This document shows, one piece after another, positions 10,843 to 20,445 of a stretch of 42,125 bases of DNA. The first letter of the stretch is position 1. Each line of letters begins with the position of its first letter. The stretch is from the IMG/VR virus record IMGVR_UViG_2537561991_000019, positions 1 to 42,125 of that record. One strand, given 5' to 3'. This DNA comes from a virus (Duplodnaviria; Heunggongvirae; Uroviricota; Caudoviricetes). The position numbers and the translations under genes were made by a program. The notes under the pieces were generated by a model. The model was not told the DNA's origin. It saw only the letters and a program-made list of their open reading frames with translations, and did not search any database.

Positions 10843-11214
10843 CGTCAGCACCTCATGCTCCAAATCCCCGGCATTCTCAATGGCTCCCATACCGCTCAGC
10901 GACAGAACCATCTCCGCCCCCGCACCCAGGGCATCATACGACCATGTTGTAATTACGGATGCGCAAAGCGTCTCAACATCCTGAGACTGTTCCGCATTCC
11001 ACAGTGAGCGGGAAACCAGCCAGGCATTGATATCCATCCCCATCCGCAGAAAAGCAATCTGTCGTTCAGCCTCCGGCAGTTCTCCCTCTTCGGCATCAAA
11101 CTTTGCCGTTCGCTGCTGAACAAACGCCAGATATTCAATTCTCTGCAGCCCGGACAGCTCACTGAGCACCACGGACTGCTTTTCATAATTAAACGTGCCC
11201 TGTTTCAGAAACAT
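10828..11214 (-). CDS. G: Tail assembly chaperone G
   Basis: MFLKQGTFNYEKQSVVLSELSGLQRIEYLAF... resembles lambda G; GGTGGAG Shine-Dalgarno upstream of tandem ATGs; position between V and H. Confidence 0.85.
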   Translation of the reverse strand: MFLKQGTFNYEKQSVVLSELSGLQRIEYLAFVQQRTAKFDAEEGELPEAERQIAFLRMGMDINAWLVSRSLWNAEQSQDVETLCASVITTWSYDALGAGAEMVLSLSGMGAIENAGDLEHEVLTPEKS

Positions 11215-11274
11215 CATGTTCTCCACCTGCAAAAAAGCCCCGGATAACCGGGGCAAATGATGAGTATCGTCCTG

Positions 11275-12018
11275 TTAACCTGCGGCGCTGACAGTCACCG
11301 TAGCCACTGCCACAAAATCGCCGTCAGAAGTCATGCCCACAATGCTGACACTGCCCTGCTTCACGCCTTTCACCGTGGCCACAAGCCCGTTCAGGGTCAC
11401 CGTGGCAGTCTGTGGATCTGTCGAATGCACACTGATCGCTTTGTCACTGGCTCCGTCAGGTTTTACTGTAAAGGTCAGCGTGGTGGTTGCTCCCACATTG
11501 ACACTGGCGGATGCCGGTGCCACCGTCAGCCCGGTAACGCCCACAGTTTGAGTGCCCTCCTCTGCCAGATATGGACGCCCCACACCGCTGATTTTCACGG
11601 TGCGGGTCATCACGTCTTTTGAGGCAATGGTTTTACCCAGTGAACTCAGCCAGCCACGGAAAACATCAACAGTGCCGTTGGGATATTTGATACGAAACGC
11701 GCAGACTTCACCGGAGTCGAACAACTGAACCAGTTTTTTCTGCCCGCTGTCACCCGGACGCCAGGCCAGCGTCGCCGAAGTATCACCGACGGATTTCTGC
11801 CCCTGGGTTGTCGTTTTCCAGTCTGCATCTTCATCATCGAGATAAGTGTCATCTTCTGCATCAGCGGTCATTTCGCCAGGTTGCAGATCCTTCACCATCG
11901 CAAGACGCAGCCAGTCAGTGTCCGACAGAGGATTCGCAAACGCATCGCCGTTGCCGGTATACATCCAGAACGTCGTCCCCGCACCTTTCGTCTTTGCCAG
12001 TGGATTTGGTGTGGTCAT
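11275..12018 (-). CDS. V: Major tail protein V with C-terminal Ig-like domain
   Basis: Start at internal Met MTTPNPLAKTKGAGTTFWMYTGNGDAFANPLSD..., closely resembling lambda V; C-terminal Thr/Val-rich Ig-like region. Confidence 0.9.
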   Translation of the reverse strand: MTTPNPLAKTKGAGTTFWMYTGNGDAFANPLSDTDWLRLAMVKDLQPGEMTADAEDDTYLDDEDADWKTTTQGQKSVGDTSATLAWRPGDSGQKKLVQLFDSGEVCAFRIKYPNGTVDVFRGWLSSLGKTIASKDVMTRTVKISGVGRPYLAEEGTQTVGVTGLTVAPASASVNVGATTTLTFTVKPDGASDKAISVHSTDPQTATVTLNGLVATVKGVKQGSVSIVGMTSDGDFVAVATVTVSAAG

Positions 12019-12028
12019 TACCACCTCC

Positions 12029-12430
12029 TTAATTCGTGTACGTGATCTGGTACGTGATTTCCGCCATCGCCCAGGTGGCCATCTCATTATCACGTTGATA
12101 GTTAAAACCGAGTGGGATCAGGGTGTCGATGAGTCCGGAAAGTGCCGGTACATCATTCAGAGCCGGGAAAATGGTGCTCTCCATCCACATATCCAGCTCT
12201 GAATCCGGTGCCTGTGCCCGGATGAAGACGGCAATATGCAGAACAGCCTGCCAGTCATCTTCATCCGTCATTTTTCCGGTGTACTGAGCATCACTCAGCC
12301 ACACCGCCACGGCAGGCAGTTCCTGCGCATCAATAAATGCCGGAAGCCCGTCAAAAAACGTGGCGCTGTCTCCACACTGTTCCCGAAGGCGTGCCAGTAC
12401 GACCTGGCGGATTTGTGTATGTCGGTTCAT
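12029..12430 (-). CDS. U: Tail terminator protein U
   Basis: Start chosen at MNRHTQ (ATGA overlap with the Z stop); ...ATFFDGLPAFIDAQELPAVAVWL... resembles lambda U. Confidence 0.8.
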   Translation of the reverse strand: MNRHTQIRQVVLARLREQCGDSATFFDGLPAFIDAQELPAVAVWLSDAQYTGKMTDEDDWQAVLHIAVFIRAQAPDSELDMWMESTIFPALNDVPALSGLIDTLIPLGFNYQRDNEMATWAMAEITYQITYTN

Positions 12431-13017
12431 CGGGTCAGCCATAATCTCAGTTGTTGTTTCAGTACATACCCCAGCTGTTTCGGCATTTCCGCAGCAATGA
12501 TGCGGTCGCGGGCATCTTCAAATGCCTGTGTCAGCGGTCCGGACAGCGGGATTTTCACTACCTCCACAGGAAGACGATTTTTCCTTGGCCTGCCCTGATA
12601 GTCATGCCCTGTTGCAAAACGCGCTTCAGGAAGACGCCTCAGAACATGCCAGCGGCCATTCGCCAGTTGCTGAACAAATGCCCCCCGGAAAAAGTATTTT
12701 CCCACTCTCAGTCCTTCACCAGCACGCCGCCGTGTTGTGTTCAGTTTGATGGCGGGCAGATTGCCCCGGTTAACGCGGATCCTGGCCGTCATTTTTCCTG
12801 ACGGACTGGCTTTAAACACCCGGACACGCTGACGTACCAGTTTCAGGGGGATCCCTTTCACCTGGTTATCTCCCGCAACGGTATTCCCGGCAACCTGCCG
12901 GGTGGCAACCGAGACCGCTTTCTGTGCCACACGGTTTATCGCCCATGCGCTGGCCTGTGGCACCATACGGGTATCAAGGCTGTTCAGATTGCGGATGGCA
13001 TTCTCAAGCCCCTTCAT
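12427..13017 (-). CDS. Z: Minor tail / tail completion protein Z
   Basis: 196 aa; gene order and size match lambda Z (family assignment from memory). Confidence 0.75.
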   Translation of the reverse strand: MKGLENAIRNLNSLDTRMVPQASAWAINRVAQKAVSVATRQVAGNTVAGDNQVKGIPLKLVRQRVRVFKASPSGKMTARIRVNRGNLPAIKLNTTRRRAGEGLRVGKYFFRGAFVQQLANGRWHVLRRLPEARFATGHDYQGRPRKNRLPVEVVKIPLSGPLTQAFEDARDRIIAAEMPKQLGYVLKQQLRLWLTR

Positions 13018-13028
13018 CCCACACCTCT

Positions 13029-13304
13029 TTACTCAATAAAGATCATTGGCTTACCGTTAAAGCGTTCATGCCGTGTGACCGTCCAATGTTGTCCGTCATA
13101 AACAACGCGATCCCCGCGCCGTGGGCGGTATCCCGAAGAAAACACCACCAGAGAGACCGCAGGTCCGGACAGAGCATTCAGCTCTGCCAGTGTTTCTCCC
13201 GGGATCACAGTCATATCGACATCATTAATCGAGGCTGTCTTTCCCATCTTTCTGACCGTGATCGCATCCATACGCGCTGCCAGCCGGGAAAAGGGATCAG
13301 ACAT
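13029..13304 (-). CDS. Small head-tail joining protein (FII-like by position)
   Basis: 91-aa ORF between the head genes and Z; assignment by synteny only. Confidence 0.35.
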   Translation of the reverse strand: MSDPFSRLAARMDAITVRKMGKTASINDVDMTVIPGETLAELNALSGPAVSLVVFSSGYRPRRGDRVVYDGQHWTVTRHERFNGKPMIFIE

Positions 13305-13620
13305 TGAGTTTTACCGGCACTTCTTCTGCACTGGTTCCGGCATCTGCCCAGACAACCCCGACCAGCGGATCAGAGCCGCTGTTAGTCAGCTGAACTTTTC
13401 CGGACTTCAGATAAACCTTCTTACCCGTTTTCATGTCATCCGTTTTCAGCTTAGGCAGCATAAACACACCTTCGGTCAGGCCGTCGCCTGTTTCACCCTG
13501 TGGAATATCGGTCAGCGCCACCGCAAAAACATCACCCACCTGCACCAGGTCTCCGCTGCTGATGGCTGCACTGGCAACAATCGCCACCGTTTTTCCTTCT
13601 TCTACAAAATTCTTTGCCAT
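13297..13620 (-). CDS. Small head-associated protein (DUF2190-like)
   Basis: Start set at MAKNFVEEGKTV, preceded by GGAG; sits directly after the capsid gene. Family recalled from memory. Confidence 0.4.
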   Translation of the reverse strand: MAKNFVEEGKTVAIVASAAISSGDLVQVGDVFAVALTDIPQGETGDGLTEGVFMLPKLKTDDMKTGKKVYLKSGKVQLTNSGSDPLVGVVWADAGTSAEEVPVKLNV

Positions 13621-13706
13621 AACTGTCTCCGCACAGCCCCGTTCAGGGGCTGATTTCAGGTACAAAAAAAGCCCTTACGGGCCATCAGAGTTGTTGTCTG
13701 CGACGT

Positions 13707-15665
13707 TTACGCCGTACATTTCACCAGACCGCGGTGATCAACTGGCGCGACACCGGCGTCAATACGCACTTTCGTTGTCACGCCATCCACACTGAAGCCC
13801 TCCATCTGATCAATATATGGCGTATCCACACCGTTGAGATAAGCCACTTCAATCGTATCGGAGCCTTTTGACGCAGCCAGGTAGAAGGTGGTCTGGCTGT
13901 TATCATCAAGACGAGGCTCTGCAATAACGGTCGCAAAATCTTTCACCGGGTTAATAATACCGGCGTTAATGTCAGCCCCCTTGACACTTGAGGAGCGAAT
14001 GACCTGGTTAGCAACAGACTCCATCGCCGTCGGTACCAGTACGAACGCAGGACGAATATTCAGATGACGCTCCCCCTCTTTCTGAACGCGCATCAACTGG
14101 CGGGCTTTATCCAGCGATGCCACGTCCATTGCAGCGCTCTCCAGTACGTTTGCATGTTTCGCTTTATCGAACAGACTTACATTATCTGTGGAGATTTTCG
14201 GGTTAGACGTCAGAATGGCATAAACCAGATCGGCAATAGTGGATTTCGCCGCACGGCCCAGCTTCATCGGGACATCGGTCAGCATATTCAGATCATCATT
14301 GATAATGGCCTGACGGGTGATACTGAACAGCTCGCCATAGGTCGCCAGTGCAATAGTGGCCTGTTTATCTCCGGTGGTGACGTATTTATATTCCGCCCCT
14401 TCACGCACCTGACGCAGAGCACTGAAGCCCCCCATACCCACACGATGGGCAATTTTAAAATCAGACAACTGACCTTTCCGCGTCCACTGTTCATAGGTTT
14501 CAGGGGCATCTTCCCAGCCCTGCAGAATGGCTTTGTTCGCAACATCCAGCAGAATATTACCGAAGTCAGACGTACTGTGTGTGAACGCCGCACCGACCAT
14601 CTGCATCGGGTTATAACTGGAAATCCCAATACCCCGTTCAGTCAGTGACATACGGGCATATTCACGCAGGGTCATCCCGTTGTAGACATTATCACGTTCG
14701 GTTTTTTCAAATCCGGCACGCGCCATCAGCGCCTGGCGAATCCCGTCCCCCACAAAATTACCGTTACCGGCATAAATATGAGCCGGGGTATTTTTATTGG
14801 ATGGCGTGGACTCGCGCCCCATCTCGTTCAACAGCTTTTCGCGGGCCTGCTCCAGCGAACATTCAGGATCGGCAAGACACTGAGCCTGCAGCGTCTGATA
14901 ACGCCCGCCAAACATGGCAAACAGATCATTAATACCGTTTACACGCGCTTTTTGCTCTGCCAGTACCTGCGCACGGATGCTGTTTTCATCCACCACGGGT
15001 GCTGCTGCCTGCACTGGCGTCCGGGAGGCTGCAGGTTCATCATCCTGTACGCGTGGAGCACTGTTGCGTGGCGGAGTAATCATGTTTCGAATGGATTCCG
15101 GCATCTTTTTAAATTCCTCTGTACGTTTTGACTGAATACATGCCATTGCCTTAACGGCTGGCGTCACCTGATCAGCAAATCCATGTGCCAGACATTCGGC
15201 ACCGGACATCCAGGTCTCATCCGCCAGCATGGCAGCAATTTCATCGGTGGTTTTCCCGGTTTTCTGTGCATAAGCGGGTAACAGAACCGCCTCAACCTTA
15301 TCGAGCAGGTCGGCATAGGTGCGCATGTCCTCCGCATCACCGCCCGTAAAGCCAAATGGTTTATGAATCATCATGAAGGTGTTTTCCGGCATAATGACCG
15401 GGTTTCCCACCATCGCAATGACCGACGCCATTGACGCCGCCACACCGTCGACATAAACGGTAATGGACGCACCATGTGTTTTCAGTGCATTAAAAATGGC
15501 GATGCCTTCAAAGACATCGCCACCCGGTGAATTGATATGGAGATTAATGTGGGTGATATCGCCCAGTGCATTCAGATCACTGATAAACTGCTTCGCTGTA
15601 ACACCCCAGAAACCAATCTCGTCATAAATATAAATATCCGCGTCACTCTGGTGACCAGCCTGCAT
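13707..15665 (-). CDS. Prohead protease (ClpP/S14-like) fused to major capsid protein
   Basis: N-terminal region has a ClpP-like serine protease signature (…INSPGGDVFEGIAIFNALK…MASVIAMVG…MMIHKP…); the C-terminal ~350 aa are capsid-like. Start set at the internal Met MQAGHQSDADIYIYDEIG just after the portal stop. Confidence 0.8.
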   Translation of the reverse strand: MQAGHQSDADIYIYDEIGFWGVTAKQFISDLNALGDITHINLHINSPGGDVFEGIAIFNALKTHGASITVYVDGVAASMASVIAMVGNPVIMPENTFMMIHKPFGFTGGDAEDMRTYADLLDKVEAVLLPAYAQKTGKTTDEIAAMLADETWMSGAECLAHGFADQVTPAVKAMACIQSKRTEEFKKMPESIRNMITPPRNSAPRVQDDEPAASRTPVQAAAPVVDENSIRAQVLAEQKARVNGINDLFAMFGGRYQTLQAQCLADPECSLEQAREKLLNEMGRESTPSNKNTPAHIYAGNGNFVGDGIRQALMARAGFEKTERDNVYNGMTLREYARMSLTERGIGISSYNPMQMVGAAFTHSTSDFGNILLDVANKAILQGWEDAPETYEQWTRKGQLSDFKIAHRVGMGGFSALRQVREGAEYKYVTTGDKQATIALATYGELFSITRQAIINDDLNMLTDVPMKLGRAAKSTIADLVYAILTSNPKISTDNVSLFDKAKHANVLESAAMDVASLDKARQLMRVQKEGERHLNIRPAFVLVPTAMESVANQVIRSSSVKGADINAGIINPVKDFATVIAEPRLDDNSQTTFYLAASKGSDTIEVAYLNGVDTPYIDQMEGFSVDGVTTKVRIDAGVAPVDHRGLVKCTA

Positions 15666-15678
15666 CCTGAACCAAGAA

Positions 15679-17187
15679 TTATTCTTCGGACTGGTCGTCG
15701 GTGTGCTGCGGCTCCTGTCGTTTCGTTGCGGCACTGCTGCCTCCTTTATCACTGGCCGGATCGGTATCAAATACCAGATCCAGCTTGCGGTTTTCATCAA
15801 TTTCGGCCTTGCGCCGACGTTTGACATCATCCGGATTACGACCACCAGCACGTACCCAGTCTGATTCTGTCGCCGCTCCACCACGAATCTGGATTTTCCA
15901 GGCCTCAGCCTCCTTAACAGGGTCAATCCACGGCATCACCGGTCCGGAATACACCGCGGTATACAGTGAAGAACGGTCAAGATCGCGGGGTAGCCTGATA
16001 ACACCGGATGCCACAGCCTGTTTCAGCCAGGCACGATACATCGGGCGGGTGACGGCACCAATAAACCAGTCCTGCAGGATCAGGTAGCCATCTGTGGATT
16101 CAACCAGCTCCTGACGCTGGGCGCTGTAAGTGCCGTTATAGTTGCGTGCCGTACTGGAAAAACTCAGACGACTGCCCGCCGCCACGGCACGCAACTGACC
16201 ATTACGAAAAGTTTCAAGGTTAGGATTGGGACGATCCGACTTCACCATTCCGATTTCTTCGCCGGGTTTCAGATCGTCGTAAATAATGCCTGGCTGAATG
16301 GTAAGCTCGCGTTCATTCTCCTTGCTGCCATTACCATCCGGTTCATAGCTCTGCCCGTCGCCTTTCCGGATGTACATCCCCAGAGCAGCGGCGACCCTTG
16401 CTGCAGTCAGCTCAGAATCTTCATACTCTTTCAGGGCACTGAGGCGGATCAGCACACCGGACAACAAAGACGTCCCGCGCATCTGGTGCAGACGGCGAAC
16501 AAATTTAAGATGCAGCATTCGCTCTGCATCCACTTCTTTGGTTTCCATCTGCCGCCAGGATACGGGACGACTTTTATACACCAGATATTTTTCGGGACGC
16601 CCCCAGTCATCAACAAACACGCCCTGATTCAGCCTGTTGCTCTCATCACTGGTCATGGGAATAAAGTCTGGCTCGAGCGCCTCCAGCCAGAAATGAACAC
16701 CGGCAGAAGGCGTCAGGTTGTTTATGCGCCCGGAAACCATCTGGGCAAACACCTCACCATCGCGCAGCCAGGTACGCAACATCAGACGTTCCAGCATCGG
16801 ACGGGTAAACTGCCCGGTGACTTCCGGGCTGACAGACCATTCACTCCATCGGGTGCGTATCTCCGCTGCCAGATCACGGGCAATGGCCCCATTGCGTAAT
16901 ACCGGATGTGGCTCGACAATAATCCCGTTTTTCCCCACCACCCGTTCTTCCAGCTTGTCAAATACACCAATAACCAGATCGTGGTTGTTATCAAGGTAAC
17001 GGGCCTGCTCACGTAACGACACGGCCCCGTACTGGCTTAACTGGTCGGCAGTTCGGTTTTCCCGCCGGGCTTTGTGTGTCCGCGTCGTTTTTACGGCCTC
17101 ATAAGCCTGGATCACCGCACGGGAACGCAGCCTTGCCGCTTTCCATCCTGGTGAAAAAACGCCAATCACATCATCAAGAATTGCCAT
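15679..17187 (-). CDS. Portal protein
   Basis: About 502 aa between W and the protease/capsid gene. Start ATG overlaps the W stop as TGATG (checked at 17185-17189). Confidence 0.85.
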   Translation of the reverse strand: MAILDDVIGVFSPGWKAARLRSRAVIQAYEAVKTTRTHKARRENRTADQLSQYGAVSLREQARYLDNNHDLVIGVFDKLEERVVGKNGIIVEPHPVLRNGAIARDLAAEIRTRWSEWSVSPEVTGQFTRPMLERLMLRTWLRDGEVFAQMVSGRINNLTPSAGVHFWLEALEPDFIPMTSDESNRLNQGVFVDDWGRPEKYLVYKSRPVSWRQMETKEVDAERMLHLKFVRRLHQMRGTSLLSGVLIRLSALKEYEDSELTAARVAAALGMYIRKGDGQSYEPDGNGSKENERELTIQPGIIYDDLKPGEEIGMVKSDRPNPNLETFRNGQLRAVAAGSRLSFSSTARNYNGTYSAQRQELVESTDGYLILQDWFIGAVTRPMYRAWLKQAVASGVIRLPRDLDRSSLYTAVYSGPVMPWIDPVKEAEAWKIQIRGGAATESDWVRAGGRNPDDVKRRRKAEIDENRKLDLVFDTDPASDKGGSSAATKRQEPQHTDDQSEE

Positions 17188-17405
17188 CAGAACCTCGCCA
17201 GCCGGTACCCGGGATGCCCCCGTCGTCGTGTAATCAGAGCCGCAAGGCGGCGCTCCCACTCCTGCCGTCCCTGCCGGATCTCAGATAAGTTTTCCATGGT
17301 CATCTGCTGACCATTAAAGGTGACGGATTTTCCGTCCAGCACCGCCATTTCAGCTTCCGTATAACGCTGAATCATGGCTTCGATATCATTCTGGTTCATA
17401 ACCAT
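17187..17405 (-). CDS. Head-to-tail joining protein W-like
   Basis: 72-aa ORF between large terminase and portal, overlapping both, as lambda W does. Confidence 0.55.
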   Translation of the reverse strand: MVMNQNDIEAMIQRYTEAEMAVLDGKSVTFNGQQMTMENLSEIRQGRQEWERRLAALITRRRGHPGYRLARF

Positions 17406-19498
17406 CCTCCGGAAGTCAGCCAGGGGTTAACATCGTCAGTTACTGTTTTCTTCCGTTTTTGTTTTTTAACAGGCGTGGATACCGGTTCCGGTGAGGGTGA
17501 CGGTTTGGTACTGTCCGGGACACACTCCAGCCAGGTTTCCCGGCTCGCCCATTCCGGTGCATCCGGCCAGCGGATCTTTTCGTATCCATGCAGAATGACC
17601 AGAGCCTCGGCATACACCATCAGGTCAAAAGCTTCGTTGGCACCGCGACCCGGCTTACTCCATTTCCCGTCACTGCTCCGCTCTTCATACGTCAGTTCGT
17701 CGTAAAACCAGCTCCCCAGCCAGTCAGGGAAATGCACATAGCCGGGACCTGGAGAGTCACGCCATAACGCGTTATTCACCCGGTCTTTCAGGGCATCCGT
17801 CTGAAGAAGCCAGAGCGGCACATCACCTGCGGCCTGCGCCCGTCGGCCCGTTCGTCCGGTGTTATCAGGGAATGTACGGGTGATCAGTTTTGCGCGCCGG
17901 ATGCTGTCGCCCTTAAACAAGTAAATACGTTTACCAAGGCCATCACGACGGCAACGACGCCAGAATTTATAGGCATTATCAGTGACCCCGTCTTCACCGC
18001 CGGAATCCACCGCCATTGCCATCAGTCGCATTTGTTGAGAAGGATCGGAGGCCAGCGGCCAGCTTTTATGAAAAACATCCGTCAGCAGGACATCCCAGTC
18101 TTCCGGATAGCTGGCCGGATCAATTCGCTGGCTCTCCCCGTCGCTGTCACCGCGCAATGACTGCGTGATGTTGTAACGATCAATAATCCAGCGTTCGCCA
18201 CGGCTGCCATAGCCCGTTACCTGAACCACAAAACGGCGATGACGTCCCGCCTGCACATCAACTGTCGCCACCAGGAAATTAACGCCATCCGGCACACTGC
18301 GGGAAGGAACTGGCTCTGCCCGCTGCTCAAGCAGTTCACTTTTTCGTTGCTCCATGCTGGCACGGGGAAGATAAGGTAATCCCCAGTCGGTATTGATAAC
18401 CGTCTTGAGTGTTTCTTCACTTCCGGTTGTCTCGTATTCCTGTTCTGCAGTAAGCAGTTTGTAAACGAGTTGCGAGAGTGTCTGGTAAGCAGCTGCCGGA
18501 CCCTCCATCCAGAATGACGCAATACGTGAGCGTCGGGGATCACCATAACGACTGCCATCCGCATTGATGGATTCACCATCCCGCAACCAGACCCCACGTC
18601 CGTTCAGCTCACGTTTTTGTTCAGGCATAATCCGTCCTGAACAGGAAGGACACTGAATATAAGCCGCCTCACTTGCCAGCACAGGATCGGCAATATCACG
18701 GAAACCAGCAACCACATCGCCGCAGGGCTGAAAATACTCACCACAGTGTGGGCAGGGCCAGTACCAGCGACGTCGATCGCCACGGTTATAGAGTGACAGT
18801 ATCCCCGTGGTTGGTGGAGCCTCATGCGGTGAAGTCCGTCGCCATTTCACATCCTTCACATCCCTGCCGGGGGAACTCTCCACCAGCGTCATACCACTGG
18901 ACATAAATGTGGTGGTACGTTTTGAGGCAAGAGAGAAGGCATCCCCCTCGCCATCAATATCTTCCGGAAAACGGTCATAATCCGTCAGCGCCACGCATTT
19001 ATAATCTGATGAGGACATGATATTGACTGACGGCCAGCCGATTTTCAGGTAGTTGCCAGCAAGGAATGTTCTGTCATAAACGTTGTTGTCATTTTTGTTC
19101 GGACTCAGGCGACTGACCACTTCCGGGCTGACGCGAAACGTTCTGGCAAGTCGTTTTTTGGAGTGTTCGCGGGCTTTTTCCTCCGTCATCTGAATGATCA
19201 GCATATCCGCAGGATCGCAAATCACGTTGTAAATCACCCAGCCGTCAATCAGGCCGATAGTCTTGCCGGTTCGTGCCGGACCAACAAATATCACTGCGTC
19301 GTATTCACGCGAGGCCAGGCAGTTCATCGGCTCAATAACATACGGTGCCACCAGCGGATCCCACGGGACTGAGTTCCCTGCCCCCATGGGCACCCGCATA
19401 TACTGAGCAACGGCATCAGCAACCCGCATTCGTCTCGGTGCGCGAAGGATATAACCTGAATCGGTTCGTGCTGCCTTTGCGGTTTCCTGATTCAGCAT
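17396..19498 (-). CDS. Terminase large subunit (lambda gpA family)
   Basis: 700 aa with a Walker A-like motif (VGPARTGKT) and a C-terminal nuclease region; order Nu1-A-W-B. Confidence 0.9.
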   Translation of the reverse strand: MLNQETAKAARTDSGYILRAPRRMRVADAVAQYMRVPMGAGNSVPWDPLVAPYVIEPMNCLASREYDAVIFVGPARTGKTIGLIDGWVIYNVICDPADMLIIQMTEEKAREHSKKRLARTFRVSPEVVSRLSPNKNDNNVYDRTFLAGNYLKIGWPSVNIMSSSDYKCVALTDYDRFPEDIDGEGDAFSLASKRTTTFMSSGMTLVESSPGRDVKDVKWRRTSPHEAPPTTGILSLYNRGDRRRWYWPCPHCGEYFQPCGDVVAGFRDIADPVLASEAAYIQCPSCSGRIMPEQKRELNGRGVWLRDGESINADGSRYGDPRRSRIASFWMEGPAAAYQTLSQLVYKLLTAEQEYETTGSEETLKTVINTDWGLPYLPRASMEQRKSELLEQRAEPVPSRSVPDGVNFLVATVDVQAGRHRRFVVQVTGYGSRGERWIIDRYNITQSLRGDSDGESQRIDPASYPEDWDVLLTDVFHKSWPLASDPSQQMRLMAMAVDSGGEDGVTDNAYKFWRRCRRDGLGKRIYLFKGDSIRRAKLITRTFPDNTGRTGRRAQAAGDVPLWLLQTDALKDRVNNALWRDSPGPGYVHFPDWLGSWFYDELTYEERSSDGKWSKPGRGANEAFDLMVYAEALVILHGYEKIRWPDAPEWASRETWLECVPDSTKPSPSPEPVSTPVKKQKRKKTVTDDVNPWLTSGGWL

Positions 19499-19992
19499 TA
19501 CTCCTCCTGCTGTAATTCCTCCTCATCATCCGCACCTGCTTCGGTCACCCGCAGGGCTATCTGATCGCGCAGATCATCAATAATGGACTGAACACGGCTC
19601 ACAGCGGCAGGCTGCAGACCGCAGTCACGTTCCAGAATATCCGGTAATGTCTCCAGTACCTGCACGACCGCTTTTGCCCAGATGGCAAACTCCCGTCTGA
19701 CATCACTGGCCGGAATGAGTTGTGCCGTTTCCTGTTCGAACTTAAGACGCTCACGTTCAGACTGATACCAGGCTTTGCGCTCATGCGCGTCCATTTCGCC
19801 TTCTGCAACCGGCGGTGGTAATGCCAGAAATGCCGACACAATATCAACCACCCGATAAAGCTTGAGGTTGCTTTCATGCCCCCCTGCAACGGGTAGATTT
19901 TGCAGCCTTGCCGCAGCAGTCTGGCGATGTACACCTGACAGTGCCGCCAGTTGACTGATATTCAGCGTCAGATTTTTTAACTCTTGATCCAT
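19498..19992 (-). CDS. Terminase small subunit
   Basis: 164 aa with an N-terminal HTH-like segment (LNISQLAALSGVHRQTAAARL) and acidic C-terminus; directly upstream of and overlapping the large subunit. Confidence 0.7.
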   Translation of the reverse strand: MDQELKNLTLNISQLAALSGVHRQTAAARLQNLPVAGGHESNLKLYRVVDIVSAFLALPPPVAEGEMDAHERKAWYQSERERLKFEQETAQLIPASDVRREFAIWAKAVVQVLETLPDILERDCGLQPAAVSRVQSIIDDLRDQIALRVTEAGADDEEELQQEE

Positions 19993-20149
19993 ACCCGCTC
20001 CAGAATGTTTTAAACATGCATCTTGCGAACAACTTTAGGCAAACGGTGTTAGTGATGAACAAAAAACAATCAAAATCGACACCATAAAAATAAAACTAAT
20101 GCAATATCAATGCATTACAGTAGTGGTGATGACGAATGAAATTTCAAAA

Positions 20150-20200
20150 ACTAGCCTTTTTCCGCGCCGCTCCCGCCCCGTGGCAGGCCACCCCACCGGA
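20150..20200 (-). other. Predicted cos site (cosN-like nicking region)
   Basis: Minus strand reads ...CCACGGGGCGGGAGCGGCGCGG..., resembling lambda ACGGGGCGGCGACCTCGCGGG, about 180 bp upstream of the terminase small subunit start, with AT-rich sequence between them. Confidence 0.4.
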
Positions 20201-20445
20201 AGGACCCGCCAAAATGAGAGTGATTATCACCATTGCTGATGAATAAATTGATGAAAATCATTGAAACGCCTTTCAGCAAGATAACGGCGACGGTCGTTGT
20301 TGAACTCCGTAACTCTGCTACTAAGGTTAAAAGCATGGCCATCTTTTGCCACCGGCAAATCTTCAATGGATTTCCCCTGCCGGTTTTTTATTCCTCACAT
20401 TATCGCAGCCCCTCAGTGAAGGGCTGCTGTAATGCCTGCTGTTAC

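Noticed and set aside
20151-20366. 71-aa minus-strand ORF overlapping the predicted cos region
   Set aside because: Sits across the cos-like GC block and the AT-rich intergenic region with no ribosome binding site; this interval is expected to be a non-coding packaging site.
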